34,166 nucleotides of DNA from a virus. A program made the position numbers and the translations under genes. The notes under the pieces were generated by a model. The model did no database searches. It saw nothing but the letters and a program-made list of their open reading frames with translations, and was not told the origin of the DNA. The stretch spans positions 1 to 34,166 of IMG/VR virus record IMGVR_UViG_3300045988_047610; one strand, written 5' to 3'. Numbering within the stretch: position 1 is the stretch's first letter; each line of letters opens with the position of its first letter. Shown in pieces: positions 1 through 8,635 of the stretch.

Positions 1-119
1 ATTCACAGTTTAGTTATGGTGAATGACGAATACAATACATTCAATTACAGATTATTAAAAAAGAAGTGTGAAGCGCTAGAAACCGAAAATGCAAAACTAA
101 AAAATAGTATAAAAAAAAT
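1..119. repeat. Left copy of the 119-bp terminal overlap (identical to 34048-34166)
   Basis: Compared base by base. attcacagtt...gtataaaaaaaat occurs at both ends. Position 120 (c) continues the reading frame. Confidence 0.95.
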
Positions 120-165
120 CACCAGCGATGTACTGGCGATTACGGGGGAATTTGTCAATGACTAG
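1..165 (+). CDS. 3' part of the excisionase-family (HTH_17-like) DNA-binding protein gene that starts at 33913 and wraps across the junction
   Basis: The frame is continuous from ATG 33913 (34048 = position 1 is a codon start). Stop TAG at 163-165. C-terminal heptad-like KKKCEALETENAKLKNSIKK. Confidence 0.6.
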   Translation: MHSLVMVNDEYNTFNYRLLKKKCEALETENAKLKNSIKKITSDVLAITGEFVND

Positions 166-322
166 CATTATGAAAATTGCGGGTTTTGTATTGTTGTTAG
201 GTACGCCGGGATCATTAGAGATTGACGTATTAACATTCTATGAAGCAATATTGCAAGGCCTATTAGGCATTACGCTGCTATATAGTGGCATCTATATTGA
301 TAAATTAAAAAAGGCCCAATAG
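158..322 (+). CDS. Small hydrophobic (membrane) protein, 54 aa
   Basis: ATG 158 lies 9 nt after GGGGG (144-148). The track ORF start at 128 lies inside the upstream CDS. Hydrophobic segments FVLLLG and LLGITLLYSGIYI. Confidence 0.4.
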   Translation: MTSIMKIAGFVLLLGTPGSLEIDVLTFYEAILQGLLGITLLYSGIYIDKLKKAQ

Positions 323-419
323 TAACGGCAATTACTAAAGGGCAGATTCGAAAAGTGAGTTATTAAAGCATCTTAACCGCATAATATCATATGCGCGTTA
401 AGGTGGCAAGGTGTAAAAA

Positions 420-701
420 ATGGACTTTGACTGGCAATTAAATAAAAAACAAATAGCCGAAGTTTCGGCAATGTTCACAGAACTATGTGAAAAAATAGCA
501 GATGAAGAAATTTCTATCGGTTTTAGCGTTAGAAAAATCGATGAAAAAGGTGAAGAAACGCTTTTTACTTATGATGTATACGCAATATATGAAGGCAAAA
601 TAATTTATATAACTATGGGAGAACATCGTTCTTTAATGGGTTCAACTATAACGAATAATGACATAGCGGAAATTATTGCGTTCTTGAAAGGGAATAAATA
701 A
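420..701 (+). CDS. Hypothetical early protein (93 aa)
   Basis: ORF with AAGGTGG SD at 400-406. No recognisable motif. Confidence 0.55.
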   Translation: MDFDWQLNKKQIAEVSAMFTELCEKIADEEISIGFSVRKIDEKGEETLFTYDVYAIYEGKIIYITMGEHRSLMGSTITNNDIAEIIAFLKGNK

Positions 702-703
702 AA

Positions 704-1192
704 ATGAGTAGCATTTATACATTAAACAAAGATTATGCGGAACTATCCGCAATGCTGGAAGCGGCAGAAACAGAAGAAGAAATTCAAACAATTCAAGATA
801 CGTTAGAAATGATTAACGTATCAATCGAAGAAAAACTAGAAAATACAGGTAAATTTATCAAAAATACGGAAAGCGATATTACTGGTATTAAAGCAGAAAT
901 CGAACGTTTAACCGCAATGAAGAAAACAAAAGAAAATTTTGTTGAACGGTTAAAAAATAACGTTGAATTTGCACTAAAAGAAAAAGGACTTGAAACGCTA
1001 ACCGTTGGCACGTTTAAAGCTGGTTACCGCAAAAGCGAAAGTGTTGAAATTATAAATCTTGATGTAATTCCAGCGGACTTTACAAAAGTTGAAATTAAAG
1101 CCGATAAAACGGCAATTAAAAAAGCGCTTAAAGCCGGCGAAACGGTGGAAGGTGCAGAAATTAAAGTAAACCAAAATTTCTATATTAAGTAG
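704..1192 (+). CDS. Gp157-like protein (siphovirus Gp157 family; accessory to Sak/Rad52 recombinases)
   Basis: Coiled-coil acidic N-terminus (LEAAETEEEIQTIQDTLE). Size and position immediately upstream of a Rad52-type annealase are typical of the family. Confidence 0.5.
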   Translation: MSSIYTLNKDYAELSAMLEAAETEEEIQTIQDTLEMINVSIEEKLENTGKFIKNTESDITGIKAEIERLTAMKKTKENFVERLKNNVEFALKEKGLETLTVGTFKAGYRKSESVEIINLDVIPADFTKVEIKADKTAIKKALKAGETVEGAEIKVNQNFYIK

Positions 1193-1202
1193 GCGGTGAA
1201 AC

Positions 1203-1940
1203 ATGGAATTTAGAACACTAAAAGCAAATGAAATAGATTGCCGTATTCAATCACTAACCGAAAAGAATGGAAACGTAGGCGCGGTAGTGCTGCTATATAA
1301 AGATGCACGCGTTGATATGCGACTACTTGATGAAGTTGTAGGCGCAATGAACTGGAAGCGTGAACATGCGATCATTGGCGATAGATTATATTGCACAGTT
1401 TCAATCTATAACGAAAATACCGGCGAATGGGTTGGTAAAAGCGACGTAGGAACGGAAAGCAATACGGAAAAAGAAAAGGGCCAAGCATCTGATAGTTTTA
1501 AGCGTGCATGCTTTAACTGGGGCATCGGAAGGGAATTATACTCCGCACCTTTTACTTATATCAATTTGCAAAAAAACGAATGGTATACGGGGAAAGACGG
1601 AAAGCCTAAATCATACGCAAAATTTACAGTTAAAGAAATCGACTATGACGAAAATCGAAACATTAGCAAGTTAATCATAGTTGATAGTAAAGGCGCCGTA
1701 CGCTTTACAATGGGCGGAAACGCTGCACCAGTACCAGCAGAAAAGCCAAAAGAAAAGCACGTTGCTGGTTATGAAGAATTTTGTAAACTTGCGCAAGATA
1801 ACAACGTACCGCCGGCAGAAATCACCAAATACATTGCAACGGAATTTAAAAAACCACGCCTTGCGATGTTAGATGCCTTTGAAGTGGTGGCCGCACTTGA
1901 TTGGTTAAAGAAATTCATTGAACAACAAGGCGCCAAATAA
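1203..1940 (+). CDS. Rad52/Rad22-family single-strand annealing protein (Sak-type recombinase)
   Basis: Signature KGQASDSFKRACFNWGIGRELY matches the Rad52 motif (S-D-x-x-KR-x-x-x-x-x-GIG-x-x-LY). Confidence 0.8.
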   Translation: MEFRTLKANEIDCRIQSLTEKNGNVGAVVLLYKDARVDMRLLDEVVGAMNWKREHAIIGDRLYCTVSIYNENTGEWVGKSDVGTESNTEKEKGQASDSFKRACFNWGIGRELYSAPFTYINLQKNEWYTGKDGKPKSYAKFTVKEIDYDENRNISKLIIVDSKGAVRFTMGGNAAPVPAEKPKEKHVAGYEEFCKLAQDNNVPPAEITKYIATEFKKPRLAMLDAFEVVAALDWLKKFIEQQGAK

Positions 1941-2491
1941 TGAAATGGGTAACAAAAGGCATTAACTTAATTAAATCTATAGGCTGGAACGTATTAATTC
2001 CGGCCCCTATAGATGAAATGTTGAGTAAGTTAGATCCTAACGTTGAGTATATCGTCGAAATCAAACGAAAGGTAAAGCGGCGTTCATTAAATGCCAATGC
2101 ATACGCATGGGTTCTATGTGAAAAGATAGCGCATGAACTTTCAAAGAACGCCTATATTTCAAAAAATGACGTGTATAAGCGCGTTATTCAAGAAGCTGGT
2201 ACATTTACCTACCTACCAATTAAAAACGATGCCGTAGGCCGATTTATTGAAATTTGGCACGGCCACGGGTTAGGCTGGCACGCAGAAGATGCCGGCCCAG
2301 CTAAAACGGAAGGTTATACAATCGTTCGCGCCTATCATGGCAGCAGCGTTTATACAGTCGATGAAATGCGGCGTTTGATTGATGCATTAGTTGATGAGTG
2401 CAGCCTGTTAAACATACCGATTGAAGATAACGATTACATCAATTCACTTGTAAGGGAATGGGGCAATGAACAAACGAAAGAAACAGGATAA
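1940..2491 (+). CDS. NinB/Orf-like recombination mediator (tentative)
   Basis: RRSLNANAYAWVLCEKIAHEL resembles lambda NinB RSLDQNRKLWACLGDVSRQV. A distal GSSVYTVDEMRRLIDAL block resembles STSRMRVGEFAELLELI. Recalled similarity only. Confidence 0.45.
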   Translation: MKWVTKGINLIKSIGWNVLIPAPIDEMLSKLDPNVEYIVEIKRKVKRRSLNANAYAWVLCEKIAHELSKNAYISKNDVYKRVIQEAGTFTYLPIKNDAVGRFIEIWHGHGLGWHAEDAGPAKTEGYTIVRAYHGSSVYTVDEMRRLIDALVDECSLLNIPIEDNDYINSLVREWGNEQTKETG

Positions 2492-2738
2492 TGTATTGTA
2501 TGCCCGTACCAGAAAATGGGCGTATGAAAGAGATGAGGGCCTATGCGTTCTATGTGGTGCAATGGCAACCGAAGTGCATCATATAGAGTTTAGATCGCAC
2601 GGCGGGTTATCAAATCTTAATAATCTGGCTTGCTTATGCCGTGATTGTCATACAAAAGCGCACGGCGTAGATGCCAAGCAAATTAGGGAAGCATTAAAAG
2701 AAAGGAATTCAAAAATACAATGGCAGAACGAAGAATGA
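2466..2738 (+). CDS. HNH endonuclease
   Basis: CVLCG...EVHHIEFRSHGG...NLACLCRDCHTKAH is a classic HNH/Zn-finger arrangement. Confidence 0.85.
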   Translation: MNKRKKQDNVLYARTRKWAYERDEGLCVLCGAMATEVHHIEFRSHGGLSNLNNLACLCRDCHTKAHGVDAKQIREALKERNSKIQWQNEE

Positions 2739-3586
2739 TGTCAAAATCTATTATCAAATCCGATACATTCCTAGATATGCCGGCGACAACACAAAACCTA
2801 TACTTTCATATGCTGCTTGATGCGGACGATGACGGCTTTATCAACGCTCCGAAGTCAATTATGCGAATGATTGGCGCTAAAGAAGATGATATGAAGGTAT
2901 TAGTTGCAAAACAGTTTGTTATACCGTTTGAAAGTGGCGTTGTAGTTATCAAAGATTGGAAAATTCATAACTACATTCAGAACGATAGATACAAGCCAAG
3001 CACCTTGCCAGAACGTGATTTACTCAATATCCAAAAGGATAAAACGTACACGTTAAAAAGCGATGTATCCAGAATGGATACAGAATGTATACAAACTGTA
3101 TCCATAGGTAAGGATAGGTTAGGTAAGGTTAGGATAGGTAAGGATAGGGTAGGTAAGGATAGTATAGATACACTATGTCATGTTTCACATGACGATGTGG
3201 ATAAATCTCACTTTGAAATTATCGAATATCTTAATCTAAAAACTGGCTCGCGGTTTAAGGCAACAACTAAACCGTACGTACAAGCGATTAGATCACGATT
3301 AAAAGAAGGTTATACCGTTGATGATTTTAAAACCGTGATTGATAAAAAATGCCGTGAATGGAAAGGTACAAAGCTAGAAAAGTACCTAACGCCTAAAACA
3401 TTATTCGCGCCTAGCCATTTCGATACATATCTTAATTCAAATGAAATGGCAGCAATGACGGATACAGAACGAAAAATCAATGAACTAAACGCATTGATTG
3501 ATGCGGTAGAAAGAGGAGCAGATGAGGGAACCGAACGCAAAAACGTTGACGGCTACGGGCCAATTATTGATATATCCGAATATTGA
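2720..3586 (+). CDS. Phage replisome organizer / replication initiator (Rep_org N-domain plus conserved phage C-terminal domain)
   Basis: N-terminus SKSIIKSDTFLDMPATTQNLYFHMLLDADDDGF. C-terminus IIEYLNLKTGSRFKATTKPYVQAIRSRLKEGYTVDDFKTVIDKK...W...YLTPKTLF. Internal iterons are typical of such genes. Confidence 0.7.
   Translation: MAERRMMSKSIIKSDTFLDMPATTQNLYFHMLLDADDDGFINAPKSIMRMIGAKEDDMKVLVAKQFVIPFESGVVVIKDWKIHNYIQNDRYKPSTLPERDLLNIQKDKTYTLKSDVSRMDTECIQTVSIGKDRLGKVRIGKDRVGKDSIDTLCHVSHDDVDKSHFEIIEYLNLKTGSRFKATTKPYVQAIRSRLKEGYTVDDFKTVIDKKCREWKGTKLEKYLTPKTLFAPSHFDTYLNSNEMAAMTDTERKINELNALIDAVERGADEGTERKNVDGYGPIIDISEY
3106..3165. repeat. Four tandem 15-bp iterons AGGTAAGG(A/T)TAGG (starts 3106, 3121, 3136, 3151); candidate origin of replication inside the organizer gene
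   Basis: Read directly from the sequence. Exact 15-bp (5-codon) phasing encodes GKDRL/GKVRI/GKDRV/GKDSI. Preceded by palindrome GTATCC-AGAAT-GGATAC (3065-3081). Confidence 0.6.
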
Positions 3587-3602
3587 TGTAGCAAAAACAA
3601 AA

Positions 3603-4187
3603 ATGTACGCATTTATGTTAGAGGATATTAATCCTGTAACATTGGCCGAAGCGATAAAGCAATGTGTTAATACTTGTGAGTTTCTTCCGTCCGTTGCCAC
3701 TATTCGCAAGAAAGCGGCAGAAATTTCCGGATACGTAAACGGCAAAGAAGAACGATTGATTGCGCAAGATGCATGGGAAGTGGTGAGAAAAAAGGCAAGC
3801 CAAGTAGGTTATGAAAAAGGCATTGATGAATTGGAAGGCATTACACGGTTGGCCGCTAAAACAATCTGGCGTTTCTTTGATCCACGCAATAGCCAAAGTT
3901 ATAACGAAAGCGCAGCCATGAGCCAATTCTGTAAGGCATATGAGCAACTGGCAGCACGCGAACAAAGAAATATGGAAATTGCGGAAAGTATCAAAAGTAA
4001 TGGCCTATTAATGGAAGCGCGTAAACGTGCAGAACTAAACATGCCACAGAAAACAGAAATCAAGATGCTAGATAACGGCCATTTGGTTGAAGTCGAAAAG
4101 TACGAAGCCGTAGACCTTAAAAGCCTTGTTAAAGATGCCGATATTTCGGAAGAGGGGAAGAAGTTAATTATGGGGGTGCTGGAATGA
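3603..4187 (+). CDS. Replication-module protein with a G39P-like (helicase-loader) N-terminal signature (tentative)
   Basis: Start moved to ATG 3603, which removes the 65-nt overlap of the track ORF. LEDINPVTLAEAIKQCVNTCEFLPSVATIRKK resembles the ...F-P-P-S-I-A-E-I pattern of SPP1 G39P-type loaders. Confidence 0.35.
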   Translation: MYAFMLEDINPVTLAEAIKQCVNTCEFLPSVATIRKKAAEISGYVNGKEERLIAQDAWEVVRKKASQVGYEKGIDELEGITRLAAKTIWRFFDPRNSQSYNESAAMSQFCKAYEQLAAREQRNMEIAESIKSNGLLMEARKRAELNMPQKTEIKMLDNGHLVEVEKYEAVDLKSLVKDADISEEGKKLIMGVLE

Positions 4188-4420
4188 ACGTAAAGCATAA
4201 TCTGTTTCCGAAGTTAATCGAATGTAGACGGCTATTAGGATATACACAACCGGAAATGGCAGCCATTGCCGGCGTATCACCGGAAACATATAAGAAGCAT
4301 GAACGCGGTGAATTTGAATTCAGATTATCCGAAATGCTGGCAATTCAAGAAAACATTAACAACGAATTACAAACAAATTTAACACTAGATGAATTGTTTG
4401 GAATGGGAAAAATCGTTTAA
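4184..4420 (+). CDS. XRE-family helix-turn-helix protein
   Basis: LIECRRLLGYTQPEMAAIAGVSPETYKKHERGE is an HTH_XRE pattern. ATGA start/stop overlap with the upstream gene. Confidence 0.7.
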   Translation: MNVKHNLFPKLIECRRLLGYTQPEMAAIAGVSPETYKKHERGEFEFRLSEMLAIQENINNELQTNLTLDELFGMGKIV

Positions 4421-4536
4421 ATGCGTTGTATGGAATTTTTAAAGCCTTAACGATAAATCATAAGGGCGAAATAGTAGAAGGGGCAAAATGAGCGAATTTA
4501 CCCTATAGAATTAGAAAATAGAAAGGGAATTATCTT

Positions 4537-4929
4537 ATGAATAGTGTTCAATTATTGGGAAATCTTGTGCGTGATCCAGAAGTACGTTATACACAATCTG
4601 GAAAGGCGGTTGCAACGTTCACAGTAGCGGCCAGCAATACATATATTGATAGTGCTACAAATGAAACAAAGGAACAAACTGCGTTCGTTAATTGCGTTGC
4701 ATGGGGCAAGCTGGGCGAAGCAGCTGGCAACTATAGAAAAGGAAATCGCTTATTTGTAGAGGGCCGAATTCAAACAAGAAGCTACGAAACGCAAGACGGC
4801 CAAAAACGGTACGTTACGGAAGTAATTGCAAGTTTCGTAGGTGTATCAGCGTTAAATGATGCGGAAGCTGGCAGCAATTTCGATAATTTTGCAGATGATA
4901 AGGGGAACGATGAAAATATTCCGTTCTAA
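4537..4929 (+). CDS. ssb: Single-stranded DNA-binding protein
   Basis: MNSVQLLGNLVRDPEVRYTQSGKAVATFTVA... OB-fold signature and acidic tail ending DENIPF. Confidence 0.95.
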   Translation: MNSVQLLGNLVRDPEVRYTQSGKAVATFTVAASNTYIDSATNETKEQTAFVNCVAWGKLGEAAGNYRKGNRLFVEGRIQTRSYETQDGQKRYVTEVIASFVGVSALNDAEAGSNFDNFADDKGNDENIPF

Positions 4930-5236
4930 TATTGGTGAGTTAATGAAAGCAGAATTACAAAAGAAGCTATACGAACATAAAGGGTTTGTTAAACATAAGT
5001 TATTTGATAACGGGGAACAACTTATATTTGAATTTAAAAATGGTTATGGTGCATCTGTATTAACTGGAAAAGTAGCATATGGTGGTATTAATGGGTTATT
5101 TGAAATTGCGGTAACTAGAAACGGGTATTTATGTTACGATACGCCAATTACAAATGATGTAATCGGATATTTAACGATAGATGAAGCATTAAAGACTCTT
5201 GATAATATTGAGCAACTACCAGATGCTCCGAAATAG
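4910..5236 (+). CDS. Hypothetical protein (108 aa)
   Basis: ATG 4910 follows GGGG (4902-4905). The upstream part of the track ORF lies inside ssb. Confidence 0.5.
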   Translation: MKIFRSNIGELMKAELQKKLYEHKGFVKHKLFDNGEQLIFEFKNGYGASVLTGKVAYGGINGLFEIAVTRNGYLCYDTPITNDVIGYLTIDEALKTLDNIEQLPDAPK

Positions 5237-5244
5237 GGGGCGTT

Positions 5245-5427
5245 ATGAAATCACCATGTAAGGGTTGTGAGTATAGGGTGTTAGGCTGCCATAGCACATG
5301 CGCAGCCTACATCAAATACAGTACCAACAGAAAAAAAGAAATAGAAACCCGTGATATACGGGGCGATGTGTTTGGGTATGTAAAAGATAGCAATAACCGC
5401 ATCAAGCGGCGTATAGGTAAATGTTAG
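5245..5427 (+). CDS. Small Cys-rich protein (60 aa), possible zinc-binding
   Basis: CKGC...C..TC spacing. GGGGG SD upstream. Confidence 0.5.
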   Translation: MKSPCKGCEYRVLGCHSTCAAYIKYSTNRKKEIETRDIRGDVFGYVKDSNNRIKRRIGKC

Positions 5428-5445
5428 GAAGGAGCAAAAAAGAAA

Positions 5446-6206
5446 GTGCATATATGGGGGTTGTTTGATGATGGCAATGGGTGTTATCGTCAAGGCTTAG
5501 ATGAATACAACGTGAATATGGGGGGCAACACACGATCACATCAATAGGCATCGGTGATGCGTGTATCAACCAAGACCTTGCAGTTAATACGCTACATAAA
5601 CCAAACGCATTATGGGAACAGTTGGATAAGCTAGATAGACCTGATGTTATTCTAGCTAGTCCACCATGTGAAAGTTGGAGTGTAGCAAGTGCGATGAAAG
5701 GCGGTAATGCGTGTTGGAAACAAGAAAAGGATATGACTGTAAATTTGTTCGGTGAGTACGAACAAGGAAGTAAATTCACAATCCGAAATCACATCGATTA
5801 TGAAAACTACCAATTCAAATATGATAAGTCATTCCTAACACGTATCAATGGTGAGATGTGCATATACAATACATTGAAAATCATTGAGCGGTATCAACCT
5901 AAAGTATTCGTGATTGAAAACCCAGCATATGGGCGGATATGGGAATACATCAAAAATGTAATAGGGTTTGATTTGCCTTATGAAAACCTAACCTATTACA
6001 ACAACTACGATTACCCAATTAAAAAGCCTACAAAATTTGCCAGCAATATTGATTTAAAGTTATTGAAAGATGATATAAAGAACACTATCAAATTCAATAA
6101 GCTGAATATAACTGGTGTTAATAGGTATAACGTAAGGTCAAGTATTCCGTTGGAATTAGTGAGATACATTTTGAAGAGATGCGATCAATATATTAAATGG
6201 CAGTAA
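5446..6206 (+). pseudogene. C5-cytosine DNA methyltransferase-like gene split by a frameshift at a G6 tract (5520-5525)
   Basis: Frame 1 (GTG 5446 to TAG 5545) encodes VHIWGLFDDGNGCY (motif-I-like). Frame 0 is open from 5505 and encodes ASPPCESWS (motif IV, PC-x-x-S), VFVIENP (motif VI, ENV-like) and RSSIPLELVRYI (motif X-like). A seventh G would fuse the two frames. Confidence 0.55.
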
Positions 6207-6219
6207 GAGGTGATATGTC

Positions 6220-6525
6220 TTGAGTTATATAGAAAACTGGTTCGCATTAGGTGCTTGCATATACAGTAGGAAAACCGCAGATGCAGCATTGGCCGCGCTA
6301 GGATTAAGGAAAGAAATAAAACGAAAGCCGGTATACCCAGAAATTGAAGCAAATGCATTGGTTGCCTTGCGTGAAAAAGGTTTGAGCGTGCGACAAATTG
6401 CGGGCATATACGGCGTATCCTATACATTTGTTAGAAATCGCTTGCTAGCTGCTGGGGTGAACCTTGAAAGAATAAAAACTAAAAATAAAATTATCTATGA
6501 ATATCAAAGGGGAATTAATAAATGA
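6220..6525 (+). CDS. HTH-containing protein (101 aa)
   Basis: TTG start 6 nt after AGAGGTGA. LREKGLSVRQIAGIYGVSYTFVRNRL is a resolvase/sigma-r4-like HTH. Confidence 0.5.
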   Translation: MSYIENWFALGACIYSRKTADAALAALGLRKEIKRKPVYPEIEANALVALREKGLSVRQIAGIYGVSYTFVRNRLLAAGVNLERIKTKNKIIYEYQRGINK

Positions 6526-6815
6526 GTGTAAAGGTAGACATGGGGAACGGTAGAGTTTTTACATGTGAGCAACTAGCCAGCGCATTAACGCTGGTTATTG
6601 AAAACATGATTTTGAAACCAAAAGTAACGCAAGATAGATTTTTGATTACGCTTGAATACAAATACCATAAGGACGGCAAAACGAAACGATTGCGGCAAGC
6701 GCTTTCCAAAATGGTAATGGAAGCATTTAATGGAACGGTTGAAGCGTATATTTACAACGCACGCCAACAAATCAAGGAACTTATTGTAAAAGGGGAATTA
6801 TACGATGAAGAATGA
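6522..6815 (+). CDS. Hypothetical protein (97 aa)
   Basis: ORF with AAAGGGGA SD. Confidence 0.55.
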   Translation: MSVKVDMGNGRVFTCEQLASALTLVIENMILKPKVTQDRFLITLEYKYHKDGKTKRLRQALSKMVMEAFNGTVEAYIYNARQQIKELIVKGELYDEE

Positions 6816-7230
6816 GCAAAAATGGTTGTTGCAAGAAATGTATAACGAAGGTTATCGAGATATTAAGATTGAAGGTGTTTACGCATTTTTCGTAAATCCT
6901 ACGTTTATTGAAAACGGCGGGAATTTCAAGATACGCGATCATACCCCAAGAATTCCATGCAAGGTGCTGGGGTTAAATCCTAATACCCGTAAATATTCTA
7001 TTGCATCATTGCTGGGTATCGTGGAATGGGAAAAGGTACCAGTTGATACGCCAGTTATTGTAAAAACTGCATTTGGAAAAATGAAACTTTATTTTTACAA
7101 ATACGAAAACGGGCGGGTGTATTGTTTTATGAATGGTAAAACATCATGGAGTCATACCGGCGATTTTTACTGGTGGTATCCGGAAGATGATGTATTATTG
7201 GCAGAAAGGGCATTGAATGAGTGTGATTGA
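6805..7230 (+). CDS. Hypothetical protein (141 aa)
   Basis: ORF with AAAGGGGAA SD 7 nt upstream. Confidence 0.55.
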   Translation: MKNEQKWLLQEMYNEGYRDIKIEGVYAFFVNPTFIENGGNFKIRDHTPRIPCKVLGLNPNTRKYSIASLLGIVEWEKVPVDTPVIVKTAFGKMKLYFYKYENGRVYCFMNGKTSWSHTGDFYWWYPEDDVLLAERALNECD

Positions 7231-7618
7231 TATTACATTAAAAGGGCGCCCAGCAACTAAAAAGAATAGCGGCCGAATTATATCCAGAAACGGAAAGCCT
7301 ATTATAATACCGTCGGAAGCCTACAAGAATTATGAAGATGCTTGTATGTGGCAATTAGCTGGCAAGAAACTGCATATATCTGGCATCATCGTTGTTGAAT
7401 GTAAATACTATCTACCGAATAAAAGAAGTTGGCCGGATTTAATCGGCCTTTTACAGGCAACCAGCGATATACTGACAAAAGCAAAAGTGATAGATGATGA
7501 TAAATGGATATGTTCATATGGTGAAAGCTGCATAGCTGGTATTGATAAGGAAAACCCGCGGGCAGAAATACGAATTATGGATAGAAAAAATAAACTATTG
7601 GAAGCGTTATTGAAATGA
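7217..7618 (+). CDS. RusA-like Holliday-junction resolvase
   Basis: Size about 130 aa. GRPATKKNS...PDLIGLLQATSDILTKAKVIDDDKWI matches the RusA pattern (D-x-D-N-x-x-K-x-x-x-D-x-L...V-x-x-DD). Confidence 0.6.
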   Translation: MSVIDITLKGRPATKKNSGRIISRNGKPIIIPSEAYKNYEDACMWQLAGKKLHISGIIVVECKYYLPNKRSWPDLIGLLQATSDILTKAKVIDDDKWICSYGESCIAGIDKENPRAEIRIMDRKNKLLEALLK

Positions 7619-7628
7619 GGGGCGACAA

Positions 7629-8108
7629 ATGGAATTACTAAACAGGATTAAACGCATCTTTGGTTATAAACGATATAATGCGGACGTTATCAAGGTTAAG
7701 CGATGCATACCGGGTGTATTATTGCCAAAAGTTGGCAGCGTAGATGCTGCTGGAATGGATTTTTATCAACCGGAAAGCGTAGTTATAGAACCGCATCAAA
7801 CGCAATATGTAACGCTGGGGTTAGCGTTGGAAATTCCAAAGGGGTATATGTTGATGCTGGCGCCACGATCTAGCATGAGCAAAACGCCGTTAATTATTCC
7901 GAACTCATTCGGGGTGATTGATGCGGACTATAGGGGCGAAATCAAAGCAATTCTAAATAATACCAGCGATACGCCGTATTTAATTCAAAAGGGCGATAGA
8001 TTAGTACAGGGAATTATGGTACCAGTTGGCGCATTAAAGTTGTTAGAGGTTGCACAATTAACCGAAACGGTGCGCGGTACCGGTGGTATTGGTAGCACAG
8101 GAAAATAA
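7629..8108 (+). CDS. dut: dUTP diphosphatase (dUTPase)
   Basis: AAGMDF, PRSS, GVIDADYRGEI and RGTGGIGSTG are the trimeric dUTPase motifs. Confidence 0.9.
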   Translation: MELLNRIKRIFGYKRYNADVIKVKRCIPGVLLPKVGSVDAAGMDFYQPESVVIEPHQTQYVTLGLALEIPKGYMLMLAPRSSMSKTPLIIPNSFGVIDADYRGEIKAILNNTSDTPYLIQKGDRLVQGIMVPVGALKLLEVAQLTETVRGTGGIGSTGK

Positions 8109-8110
8109 CT

Positions 8111-8194
8111 ATGATTAAATTGTTGTTTGATGCTGCATTGGTGTTTTCGCTAGTGATAGCATTAATTAAATTAGTATCAGCATTTACGATGTAG
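8111..8194 (+). CDS. Possible 27-aa hydrophobic peptide (MIKLLFDAALVFSLVIALIKLVSAFTM)
   Basis: Short ORF filling the gap after dut. Only a weak GGAA SD. Confidence 0.2.
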   Translation: MIKLLFDAALVFSLVIALIKLVSAFTM

Positions 8195-8252
8195 TGGATA
8201 AGGGGCAATACAAACGCCCCTTTGATACAAATAGGCGAAAGGGGAAATGTGT

Positions 8253-8615
8253 ATGCCTATTATTAACCCAATGTATTTGTATTTGATTGAGGTACTACAT
8301 AATATTGATGTGCTTAATCAAGGTTTGTTTATTATGCTAACCATTGTGATATGTGGCTTTTTTGCTATATGGCTTGCAGATGATGAAGTACGGGAGTTAT
8401 CTAAGCCGCATAAAGGAAAAATCATTGCGTTATTTGTGGTGTTCGTAATTAGTGGATTAATAGCGTTATTAGTACCTACCAAAGATGCAATGTATAAAAT
8501 GCTATTGGCGCATTATGTAACAACTGATAATATCCAGCTTGTAAACGATGCTATCAAAGTTAATTTACAAGACTATTTGAACATGTTAGGGGAAACGGTT
8601 AAGAATTTAAGATAA
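8253..8615 (+). CDS. Membrane protein (about 120 aa, 2-3 TM segments)
   Basis: ATG 8253 lies 8 nt after GGGG (8241-8244). ATG 8247 is only 2 nt away. Hydrophobic stretches LFIMLTIVICGFFAIWL and IIALFVVFVISGLIALLV. Confidence 0.5.
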   Translation: MPIINPMYLYLIEVLHNIDVLNQGLFIMLTIVICGFFAIWLADDEVRELSKPHKGKIIALFVVFVISGLIALLVPTKDAMYKMLLAHYVTTDNIQLVNDAIKVNLQDYLNMLGETVKNLR

Positions 8616-8635
8616 TGAACCATACGGGGGAATAC

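Noticed and set aside
1-119. The terminal direct repeat as a genuine podovirus-type DTR.
   Set aside because: It bisects a CDS, there are no flanking packaging signals, and its k-mer-like length is typical of circular-contig assembly overlap.
372-402. The hairpin CTTAACCGCAT...ATGCGCGTTAAG as a terminator after the 158-322 gene.
   Set aside because: There is no U-tract. The 3' arm overlaps the SD of the 420 gene, so at most it modulates translation. The evidence is too weak to call.
1786-1797. CTTGCGCAAG inside the Rad52-like gene as a further operator.
   Set aside because: The half-sites are fused without the 4-5-nt central spacer shared by O1-O4. It is probably chance within coding sequence.
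3522-3602. The upstream 27 codons of the track ORF 3522-4187.
   Set aside because: They overlap the end of the organizer gene by 65 nt in another frame, and the conserved-looking sequence begins at Met 3603.
8203-8226. The hairpin AAGGGGC-N9-GCCCCTT after the dut gene and small peptide ORF as a terminator.
   Set aside because: It is followed by TGATACAAAT, which is a poor U-tract, and the next gene starts 27 nt later in the same operon. It is possibly only a weak attenuator.
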